From Candidatus Hydrogenedentota bacterium (GTDB taxonomy: Bacteria > Hydrogenedentota > Hydrogenedentia > Hydrogenedentales > SLHB01), in NCBI GenBank assembly GCA_963745075.1, contig CAVUWV010000008.1, forward strand, positions 64,001 through 128,000: a stretch of DNA of 64,000 nt, read 5' to 3'. The translations under genes and the position numbers were made by a program. The stretch's first letter is position 1. Every line of letters begins with the position of its first letter. Of this stretch, positions 52,245 through 61,569 are shown in pieces. A model generated the notes under the pieces. It saw nothing but the letters and a program-made list of their open reading frames with translations. It ran no database searches and was not told the DNA's origin.

Positions 52245-52294
52245 GATAGGTGTCTTCTGTCGACGTGTACATTGGTACCATCGACGGAAGAGAG

Positions 52295-53245
52295 CTACAT
52301 GCGCACGCCAAGTGCATGTTCCCGCGCGTGGACGATGCGGGTCAGCAGCGTGTTTGTAGGGCAAGGAATGCCGTGCTCCTTTGCGTAACGGACAATCGCC
52401 CCGTTCAACGCGTCGATTTCCGTTCGGTGGCGGTGCTGGAAGTCGGCCCGCATGCTCGCGTAATGGGCGGCCGTTGGCGGAATCAGCTTCTCGAACAAGA
52501 GGGTGATGTATTCCTCCGCCGTCGCGGGTTCGAGGTCGACGTTCATCGCGTCGCCGACCGCGTAGATCTCGCGCACGATCTCGCGCAGGATCGCCCGTGT
52601 ATGCTCCGTTTCCGCAAGCCCGCCATAGGGGACGTCCAACAGCGCCGACAAGGGGTTGAGTGCGCAGTTGTACGTGACCTTGCTCCAGAGCACGGTGCGG
52701 ATGCGGTCCGTGTAAACCGTCGGCAGGCCGGCCTCATCCATGGCGGCGGCAATTTCCTGAATACGTCCTGCCGGCGTGGATTTGTGGTAGGTGCCGAGCG
52801 CGGTGGGGTTGGCGATGACGGTGACGTCAATCCAGCCGGGCTCTCGCACGACGACGCCATAAATGGCCCGAGCGCCGATAGTCTGTTCCCACCCGATGAC
52901 GGACGCGATGGCTTCCGCGTTGCCGAGACCGTTCTGATACGAGCAAACCAGTGTATCCGGTTCGACGAGGGGCGCGATGTCCTTCGCGGCGGCGAGTGTG
53001 TCGTAAGATTTGACGGTGACGAGAATGAGATCGAAACCACCCGGGTGGAGTCCGCCAAGATGGGTGTGCACGTCCAGATCGGTGACTTGGTGTTCGCCCC
53101 AGATCCCGGTGATGTGCAGGCCGCGTTCGCGAATGGCCGCCATGTGCGGGTCGCGTCCCACCAGCGTGACGGCGTGGCCGTGCCTGGCCATAAACCCGCC
53201 GACGGCGCTTCCCAACGCGCCCGCCCCCACAATCAACAACCGCAT
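52295..53245 (-). CDS. panE: 2-dehydropantoate 2-reductase
   Basis: GAGALG, VKSYD, QNGLG, WSK..NCALNPL, SMRAD, TEIDALNG. Confidence 0.88.
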   Translation of the reverse strand: MRLLIVGAGALGSAVGGFMARHGHAVTLVGRDPHMAAIRERGLHITGIWGEHQVTDLDVHTHLGGLHPGGFDLILVTVKSYDTLAAAKDIAPLVEPDTLVCSYQNGLGNAEAIASVIGWEQTIGARAIYGVVVREPGWIDVTVIANPTALGTYHKSTPAGRIQEIAAAMDEAGLPTVYTDRIRTVLWSKVTYNCALNPLSALLDVPYGGLAETEHTRAILREIVREIYAVGDAMNVDLEPATAEEYITLLFEKLIPPTAAHYASMRADFQHRHRTEIDALNGAIVRYAKEHGIPCPTNTLLTRIVHAREHALGVRM

Positions 53246-53417
53246 GCTACCCCCTCGAAATCGGAATCGAGAAACTACGTCAACGACGCACTCAGTATAG
53301 TGCACCCGCGCGGCAATTCCGAATGGCCGCTTCCGCCGTGTGCGTTCGAGTTATTACCCACCAAGGTCCTGTTTGGATGTTGGGCACGAGTTTAACCATG
53401 GACAAGATTTGAAGAAC

Positions 53418-53571
53418 ATCCCCCTTGATCCCCCTTCAAAGGGGGAGTTTCGCAACCCCAAGTTTCGGTAACATAGGTCGTTAAGAGAACAACTTGGAGT
53501 TCTCCGGTCTTCCAAAACGCAACACAAAGCGTTGCGTGATCAATTCCCCTTGAAGGGGGATCAAGGGGGAT
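53418..53571. repeat. Inverted-repeat element (REP/MITE-like) with 22-bp perfect arms
   Basis: ATCCCCCTTGATCCCCCTTCAA (53418-53439) / TTGAAGGGGGATCAAGGGGGAT (53550-53571). Confidence 0.8.
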
Positions 53572-53652
53572 TTTCTTCATTGTTCTCCAAGAGACTTGGA
53601 GAGGGCTGTGCACTTTGTGCAAGGGATCGGCGCAACCGCTGGACTCACGGGG

Positions 53653-54432
53653 TTACCGGAGCGCGAATTCGATTTGGATGGTGGAGATGGTGTTGTTCAA
53701 CACGTGCATGGCAAAGGGGACGTAGAGGGAGCTGGTCCGGGCGCGGGCGATTCCGAGCAGGAGGCCAAGGGTGAACACGGCGGAGACGTCGACGATGCCG
53801 TATTCTCCGAGGTGGGCCACGGCCCAGAGGAGCGCCGTCAAGACAATCGCGCCAGGAACACCGGCCGGGGACGCGGCGATTCCGCGAAACATGAATCCGC
53901 GGAAGAGGACTTCTTCGAAGATGGGCGCGGCGAGGGCAATCGTAAACCAGAGGAGCGGCGCGAATCCGGCGGTTTCAAACCATTTGGTGATTTCACCGGG
54001 AATGGGCGGTTCGCCTAAGGCTGCGCGGATGTAGTCGGTCCCAAAAACGCAGACTACGGTCAAAATTGTCCACCCGATGACGCGTAAGACGCCGACACGC
54101 CGCAGTGCGAGGTAGTCGCGAATGCCGATGTGTTTACGCGCCCAGGCCAGGAGAATTGTCGTGGCGACACAGACGGGGACGGCAACGCAGGTCGAAACGG
54201 CAATAAACAGGCCATTGGAACCCAGGGCCGCGGCGTATGCATGGGGATCGCTGCCTTGATGCCGGACCGCCCACACCGCCACCGCCAGAAATGCCACTGG
54301 AATCTGGACGATGGTGAACACGAAGTAGACGAAGAGGGAGAAGACGAGGGTCAGCCAGAACCCCCAAGGTCGCGGTTCCGGCGTAGCGACCGGCAGTGGC
54401 GACGGGCCGTCCGTGGTCTCCGGTGTATCCAT
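53653..54432 (-). CDS. CPBP (CAAX/Abi) intramembrane metalloprotease
   Basis: APIFEEVLFRG, WAVAH, HVLNN. Confidence 0.9.
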   Translation of the reverse strand: MDTPETTDGPSPLPVATPEPRPWGFWLTLVFSLFVYFVFTIVQIPVAFLAVAVWAVRHQGSDPHAYAAALGSNGLFIAVSTCVAVPVCVATTILLAWARKHIGIRDYLALRRVGVLRVIGWTILTVVCVFGTDYIRAALGEPPIPGEITKWFETAGFAPLLWFTIALAAPIFEEVLFRGFMFRGIAASPAGVPGAIVLTALLWAVAHLGEYGIVDVSAVFTLGLLLGIARARTSSLYVPFAMHVLNNTISTIQIEFALR

Positions 54433-54446
54433 AATCGGTCCCCGCG

Positions 54447-55229
54447 CTATTTGGGCGGCCAGGCGTAGTTGCCGGTATAGAGGTCGAAGAGGGTGCGGTA
54501 GAACTTCATGAAGCGCTCGGGTTGATCGTTGTAGCCGATTTCGGCAAGGCACCAGCCCGGATAATTCATGGCTTTGAACCGGTTGAACAAATCCTGCCAG
54601 GGGTATTGGTATACGCCGATTTCCGTGATGTGGCAGTGCGTGATCTTGTCCTTGAGCAAATTGAAATTTTCTTCAATGCTCTGGTTTTCGTCCATGTCGC
54701 CGGCGTTGGAATTCCAGCAGACCGTTGCCATGGGGTGATCGGCGTAGTCCATGATCCTCCGGATGATCTTCGGATTCGACGAATCCCGACCGTGGACTTC
54801 CAGCCGCACTTCCACGCCGATGTCCCCCGCGAATTGCGCGACCTGGCGCATGGCCTTGCCGATCTGTTCGCAGGTCTTCTCCACGGGCACCTCGTCCGGC
54901 AGCCCGTTAGGCCGCACCTTGATTCCCGGCGCGCCTACGTCTGCGGCCAGCCGCGCGTACGCGATGGAACCTTCAATGTTTTCCTTGACCACGGCGGGGT
55001 CCGGGCTGTGGAATTCAAAGGCGGACCCGAGACCGGCCAAATCGACCTTGGAATCGTCGAAACGGCGTTTCACGTCCGCCCGTTCCGCCGCCGAGAGGTT
55101 TACCTCGACGCCATGGGCGTGGGTCGTGCGCAATTCGACCCCTTCCAAGCCCGTGTCTTCACAGAATTTAATCAGCGTGGGCAAATCCATGTCCTTGCCC
55201 ATGTTGTAGGTAACCATACCAAGTCTCAT
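54447..55229 (-). CDS. Sugar-phosphate isomerase/epimerase (xylose-isomerase-like TIM barrel)
   Basis: GLEGVELR, RLEVHG, HCHI, CLAE. Confidence 0.85.
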   Translation of the reverse strand: MRLGMVTYNMGKDMDLPTLIKFCEDTGLEGVELRTTHAHGVEVNLSAAERADVKRRFDDSKVDLAGLGSAFEFHSPDPAVVKENIEGSIAYARLAADVGAPGIKVRPNGLPDEVPVEKTCEQIGKAMRQVAQFAGDIGVEVRLEVHGRDSSNPKIIRRIMDYADHPMATVCWNSNAGDMDENQSIEENFNLLKDKITHCHITEIGVYQYPWQDLFNRFKAMNYPGWCLAEIGYNDQPERFMKFYRTLFDLYTGNYAWPPK

Positions 55230-55466
55230 CGTTGAAACGTCCCTTCTGCATTCGCGTTATCCACGCGGCTCCCGGTCAATTCCCCCTATCGTAGCCGATG
55301 CCCGGGGAGATGTCCACGGGGTGAGCGAGGGAGGGGCGCGACAGAGACCGGAAGATGCGTCTCAGGCGTCGATATCCGTCCGTGCCGCTGACCAACTGCG
55401 GCACTGGCGTCCCTAGTCACACTTCGGTTCCGGCATCAGACTATACTGTGAAATCGGGAGACGCCC

Positions 55467-58400
55467 ATGTTTCAACAGCGCTATCGTCACGGACAGGGCC
55501 TCGTACGGCAGGTATTGGCCGGGCAACGCGACGCGTATGGAAAACTGGTCGACCGCTATCTGGCCGCCGCGTTTTCCGTCGCATTCCCCCATACCCGCAA
55601 CCGTCTCGACGCGGAGGACGCGGCGCAGGAGGGATTCTTACGCGCGTTGCAAACCCTTGACCGGCTGCGGGATCCGGAACGATTCGCGCCTTGGCTCCTG
55701 ACGATCGTTCGCAACATTTCCGTGGATATCGTTGCAGCCCGGGAGCGCGAGCGAAAATCCGGGACGAAAGTGGCGTCGGACGATGCAACGTGGATACCGG
55801 ATATGGAAAAGCGCGATATGTGGGCAAAACTGCACGAACAGATCCAACAACTCGACGATCAACATCGCGAGGTGCTGATGCTCTTCTACTTCGCGGGACA
55901 TTCCGCCAAGGAAATCGCCGGTCTACTCAATACGTCGCACGAGGCCGTGCGCAAACGTCTTCAACGTGCGCGCGAAGCGCTCGGTGCGCGGATGCTTGAG
56001 GAAATTGAGCCGAAACAGGCGCTGAGACCTTTGCTCAGAGCGCGCGGTACAAAGATTACCGCAGCAGCCCTTGCCGTGCCAGTGACGTGGCAAGCAACGG
56101 CCAGCGCAACAGCGGGTGGTGCGGGCAGCGCATTCGTCGGAGGCGCCGCGGTCAAATGGCTGGCCGGTGCAGCACTCGTGTGCGCGGGTGTAGCTGGTTA
56201 TTGGGCCACGTCCCGGACAACCGAACTTCCACCTGCAACGCGCTCCGTAACGCCGGGCAGTTCAGTGGTCGTTTCTCAGCCAGAGCCGTCGCGTTCGGCC
56301 CCGAATGCGCGACGCGCGATCGCGAGCCAAAACGCGCAATCCGCGAATGCGAAGATGACCGAACCTAGCCCCGCGCCGCCGGACGGTGGTATCGGCGTTA
56401 TTCGTGGACGCGTGGAAACTGTGAACCACCTTCCAATCCCCGGTGCTCAGGTACTACTCCATCGTGCAACGGTAGATGGACACTGGGTCGTGGACTGGAC
56501 CGAGAAGTTCCGGACCGCGACCTCCGCCGCGGACGGATCCTTCACCTTTGAGGGTCTACCGTTCGAGTCCTACGACGTACTTGCGGCAATGGACCACGCG
56601 CTATCCTGGGAGGAGGTGTCCGTCGATGAACACACTCCGTCGACTGCGATAACGCTCCAGCCTCGTCCCGCAGAGTCACTGCGTGGACGCGTGGTGAACG
56701 GTGACGGGGTCCCGGTAACGGGTGCGATTGTGTACCCCGACAGGCAATTGGAGGGTGGTCCTTCTTCCTGTAATTGGAATCGGAAGGCGGCTCTGGCGGA
56801 ACAAACGGACGAAACCGGCACGTTCACCTTTCCCGCGTTGTGGAGCGGTCATTGGCGCTTTAACATCCGCGCCCAGGACTACGCCACGAAGACGACGGAA
56901 TTCGTGCCGACGGGGGGTGATGAAGCAAGATTCGTGATTGATCGTGGCAGCGCGATTCGCGGTACGGTCGTCCGTACGGACACGGGTAACCCGATTCCCG
57001 GTGTCCGAGTGGATTACTTCGGCGCTCAGGAATGGGATAAGAAGAACGCGACGACAAATGATTCGGGACAATTCGAGTTTACTTGCGTGGAGCCCGGCGA
57101 CCGCTCGGTAGGATTAAACGACGCACGTTGGGCACCGCTTGACGGCTTGACGCGTGTCACGGTTCCGGTCGATCGCCCCGCGGAAGACGTCGTCATTCGC
57201 GCGTCGGAAGGGGCTACTCTGTCGGGGCGCATCTACGATGCCGGCACGCAGCAAGGTGTTCCGGGTGTCAAGGTGTACGTGCAATGCCGGGACATCGATT
57301 ACTATCGGACAAGCGAGCCCAGCGACGCGACCGGCCGGTACACGATTACGGGGCTGTCCGCCGGCGCCTACACGATTAGCCGGAGCCGGTTCATTGAAGG
57401 CTATCCTTTTCCTGAGGAGCCGTTTGAGCCGGAGTTGGATCTCGCCTTCGGCGAACATGTCATCCATGACATTCCCATGTCGCGCGGGATATCCATCACC
57501 GGTCGAATAACCGATCCCAATGGTGCGCCGATTCGGGGAGCGCAATTGAGCACCATTGTTGGCGATGACCGGCATCAGTACGAGTACTCAAAGGCGGATG
57601 GATCGTTTACGCTGATGGGATACCGTTCCGGCGATACCGTAACGATCAACGTCGAGAAAGAGGGTTTCGGGCTGAGCGCCTCAAGTCCAATCACGATCCG
57701 CGACACCGATGTATCCCGCGTCGACATTATGTTGGAGCCGGAGGCTTTTGTCGAAGGTGTTATCGTGGACGGATCCGGTCGCCCTCTCCCACATGCCAAA
57801 GTCCTCGCGCTGGCTGAGACAAAGGGCGTGGCCTTCATACCCACCACGACTTCGGGAACCGACGGACGTTTCGTGTGTGGAAGACTTCGTTCCGGCTCGT
57901 ACAAACTCAGCGTGGAGCCGCGCGGCGCGGAACGGTCGGTTGACACCGATACCACTGTATCAGTCGTGTCTGGGGAGCGGCTTGAAGGTATTCGCGTCGT
58001 TTGCCCGGCACCGGAAGAAAGGGCCGGTTTTCAGATCAGCGGGCGTGTCGTCGATGCCGCGGGCAAACCCGTCGTAGGAGCAACGGTCCGTGGTGAGAAC
58101 TACGCGGCGGGGTCGCGCGAGTCGACGACGACCGATGAGGACGGACGATTCACTCTCAACGGACTCGCCTTCGTACGATACGATTTGCGCGCATATACCG
58201 AAGGCGAGGAGTATCTGGGCGGAAGTGACGGAATACCTGCGGGAACCACGAATGCGGTAATTGTCTCAAGCGCGAATAACGCGCCCCCGGGGACAATTGC
58301 GGGACGAGTTGTCCGCGCTGACACCGGCGAGCCAATCCAGGATTTTGATGTCAACGCCAAGGGTAATGCCGTTCCGGTTCATGATCGGGAAGGGCGGTTC

Positions 58401-59667
58401 CAATTGCACGATCTGCCGGCGGGCGATGCGGCCGTATGGGTTCGTGCAAAGGACTTCTTGATCGGATACGAGAAGGCCGTTGTGGCGCCGGTGGGGCAAC
58501 TCTCAGCGGAAGTCGTCGTTCGACTGCGACCGGCGGCACGCATGGAGGGACTCGTACAAGACGCGTCGGGAACGCCGCTCCAGGGCGCACGCATATTCGT
58601 TGATGGACTTGTCTTCAATAGGGACGACCCGCGCTCTGCGGCTTCCGAAACCCGCGATGACGGGGTATTCGCCGTTGACGGGCTTGACCCGCGGGGTGCG
58701 CTGATCGCCATCGTGCATCCTACCCACGCGCCGCTTGTCGTACGCGTGGCGCCGAGTGAAATGGGGGCTCAACGGCAAACGTTTACCGTGGGCTCGGGTG
58801 GCGAAATCGAAGGGACAGTCCGTTACGACGGTAGGCCTGTCCCCGATAGTATTGTTTGGGTCTATATGGCCGACCTGGGTCCCGGCGCCATGTTCAATGG
58901 TCGCACGGACAAAAACGGCATGTATCGCATTGCCGATGTTCCTCCCGGTGCGGGGGAAGGGGGCGCCCGGCTGGCTTCCGGCTACGAAGGACTAAACACG
59001 GATTCGTTTCACGTGACGCAGTACGTGACCGTACAAGATGGTGAAGTCACATGCATGGATTTTGATTTCTTACCGCAATCGGGTGTCCTGGAGGGAATAG
59101 TATCCCTTGATGGCGTACCCATTGACGCGTCCGTCCGGCTGTATGTCACAACGCCCTCCGGAGAGCAGCAGATGAACACGTTTGCCGATTTATCAGGCGC
59201 CTATCGGTTCGACCGTGTCCCGCCGGGCGATGGAAAGGTCGTTGCGATTGTCCGTTCCGGAGCGGGAGTGGACGGTTCCAAGCGTGCCATGGTCCCCGTT
59301 AAGCTGGTTTCGGGAACCACCACGCAGCAGGACATATCCAGGAAGACCGGTGCATCGGTCGCGGTTTATGTTGCCAATCTGGGTGAGGATGAATCGACGA
59401 ATGTCTTTGCGTATTTCGGTGACGTTCGGGCCTATTGAATCGCGTTCAGACCGGGAAATGGTGGGTAGCGCGCGAGCCGCGATCGCACACCGTGGTGATG
59501 ACGGCGCGTATCACTTCACCGGATTGCAGCCCGGAGTCTATACCATCGTCGCGTATACGAATACCAGCCGCAATCCAAACGTCTGGCTCAACACCCGCGC
59601 AACACACCAAGTCATCGAAGTATCGGAAGACGGGAGAACAGCCACCGTCGAATTGAGACTGCCGTAG
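55467..59667 (+). CDS. ECF sigma factor fused via a TM helix to tandem carboxypeptidase-regulatory-like (Ig) domains; +1 frameshift near 59425
   Basis: DAEDAAQEGF..WLLTIVRN; KEIAGLL...VRKRLQRAR; TM; repeated GRVVD..G.PV.GA / TD.DGRF units. The 59182-frame tail DDGAYHFTGLQPGVY continues the repeat. Confidence 0.88.
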
Positions 59668-59846
59668 GTAACCGCGAATGAGCTCTCACGCTACGTAGTC
59701 CCCACCGGAATATCTCGGGACTTTCACACCGAATCGATCCGAACCATCCAAAAGTGTGCATAAGCCGCGCCATAGGCGGAAACGATTGCTGATTCCACCG
59801 GGCCAGCGGCGCGGGGTTCCGCTGGGGCTTGCGCGTCCCGCCAATG

Positions 59847-60244
59847 GGTTCCACTTGGTCGAGTCAGGACACCGATTAGCTCAGAGGAAGAGCAGTGCAC
59901 CGCTAATGCACGGGACGCGGGTTCGATACCCGCATCGGCTACCCTTGGAAAGGGTTGTGGGTGACTACCCACTCGATGGAACCGGAGGCGAAGCGCGGGC
60001 GGCGGGTCCGCCGGCTTGTCGCAGATTCGCCGGCGCATGGCGTCGGGCGGACGGTGGCAGGCAGCATCGGCAGCGGTCCTGCAGCGCGCGGATACCACGC
60101 CGTCGGCGTGGCCAGGGCCGGATGAAGGCCCGCGAGGCGTGCCTCGCGGCGCGGACTTCCGGCGAGGCTGCGCAACCGGCCTGGCTCACGTGGCGCTCCA
60201 CCAACGCTGGTGTGGCGGACTTCCGCCCGGCGCTTCGCTACGGT
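59847..60244 (+). ncRNA. Large structured RNA / leader containing the tRNA-like module, upstream of the SPFH gene
   Basis: Long-range helices 59847-59864/59971-59983 and 59988-60002/60223-60238 with nested hairpins. Confidence 0.55.
59872..59938 (+). tRNA. tRNA-like element (pseudo-tRNA; nominal anticodon GCT)
   Basis: CCGAT/ATCGG acceptor (5 bp only), TA, D arm GCTC-AGAGGAA-GAGC, GTGCA-CCGCTAA-TGCAC, variable GGGAC, T arm GCGGG-TTCGATA-CCCGC; C at position 33; no CCA. Confidence 0.8.
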
Positions 60245-60268
60245 CAATGGCCACGGTGATGAGTTTTA

Positions 60269-60297
60269 ATCGGACCGATCGGTCGGATCGGTCCGAT
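60269..60297. repeat. Palindromic GATCGG-type repeat (related copy at ~16054-16093)
   Basis: ATCGGACCGATC-ggtcg-GATCGGTCCGAT. Confidence 0.7.
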
Positions 60298-60324
60298 CAA
60301 GAAAGGAGAACAAGGAGAAGAAGG

Positions 60325-61432
60325 ATGTTTGGAGTACGGCGCGTACAGATTCGGTCCTTTGAAAAGGGCCTGTTGACGAAGCACGGCGAGTTCGTGCGCG
60401 TGCTGGGACCGGGCCGCTACTGGACCGTCGACGCCGTTGTTGCAGCGGCAGATCGACGTGTCTTCGATGCGGACGCCCTGGATCTGCCACGAACAGTTGG
60501 ACGTGATGATCCGGTCCGGCGCGTTGAAGAGCGACGCGGCCGTGCTCGACCTGGAACAGCATCAGCGTGCGCTGGTGTGGATCGACGGGCGGCTCAATGT
60601 GGTGCTCGGACCGGGGCAGTACGCCTTGTGGACCGGCGCGCGCAAGGTCCGCACGGAGGTCGTCGACACGCAATCGGTCCGCTTCCATCACTTGCAACTG
60701 CATGTGGTGTTGAACGCGCCGGGCGCGGAAGCGGTGTTGAACAAGTACACGGTCGAAGAGGGCCACGTGGGCGTCTATTTCAAGGACGGCGACTACGTCG
60801 AAACTTTGAAGCCGGGCACCTACGCCTTCTGGAAGGACGTGGCGAAGGTCGTTGTGCAGGTGCGCGAAATGCGCGAGTCCGTACTGGACGTCACGGGTCA
60901 GGACATCATCACGCAAGATAAGGTGACGCTCCGCGTAAACGCGGTCGTAACCTTTCGCGTGACCGATGCCCTGAAGGCCGTGTCGACCGTCGACGACGCG
61001 CGGCAGGCCTTGTACCGCGAAGCGCAGTTGGCCTTGCGGGCCGAGGTGGGCGCGCGCGACCTCGACGCGTTGCTCGCGGACAAGATGAGCCTCACCGAGG
61101 CCGTCGAAGCGGGCATCCGCGGCCGCGCCGCGGAGTACGGAATCGCTGTGACCGGATTCGGTATCCGCGACATCATCTTGCCGGGCGAGATGCGGGATCT
61201 GATGAACAAGGTCACGGAGGCCAAGAAGGCCGCCGAAGCCAACTTCATCACGCGCCGCGAGGAAACGGCCGCCATGCGCAGCCAGGCCAACACCGCCAAG
61301 ATGTTGGCCGACAACCCGACGCTGATGCGGTTGCGTGAGCTGGAGGTGCTCGAAAAGATCGCCGCCACTTCCAAGCTCAACGTCGTGTTGGGCGAGAAGG
61401 GTCTCGCGGATCGGGTTGTGAATCTGTTGTAG
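60325..61432 (+). CDS. SPFH/band-7 'slipin' family protein (+1 frameshift at ~60433)
   Basis: AGGAG-rich RBS, ATG 60325; QDIITQDKVTLRVN, ALRAEVG..LDALL, IRDIILP, RSQANTAKML.DNPTLMRLRELE. Deleting G60433 gives YWTVDPLLQR. Confidence 0.88.
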
Positions 61433-61456
61433 GCTGGAGACCGGAGGCTGGAGTAG

Positions 61457-61495
61457 AACGGGGCCCACACTGAATCGGTGTGGACCCCGTTTTTT
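61457..61495 (+). terminator. Intrinsic terminator after the SPFH gene
   Basis: AACGGGGCCCACAC-tgaatcg-GTGTGGACCCCGTT followed by T-run. Confidence 0.8.
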
Positions 61496-61569
61496 ATCAG
61501 GTCGCGTTTTGCTTGCCCCCGACCTGGAGATCTCTTAGTGTATTCGCAGAAGCAATTCTGTCCCGACAA

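Noticed and set aside
59774..59790. Sigma54 promoter (AGGCGGAAACGATTGCT) for an Rtc-like unit
   Set aside because: GG-to-GC spacing is 11 nt rather than the required 10
59872..59944. Functional tRNA-Ser(GCT)
   Set aside because: Acceptor stem only 5 bp, C33, no long Ser variable arm, no CCA; kept as tRNA-like only
60016..60921. 301-aa ORF spanning the structured region
   Set aside because: Only the part from ATG 60325 to ~60432 looks like real protein (SPFH N-terminus); the rest is low-complexity read-through
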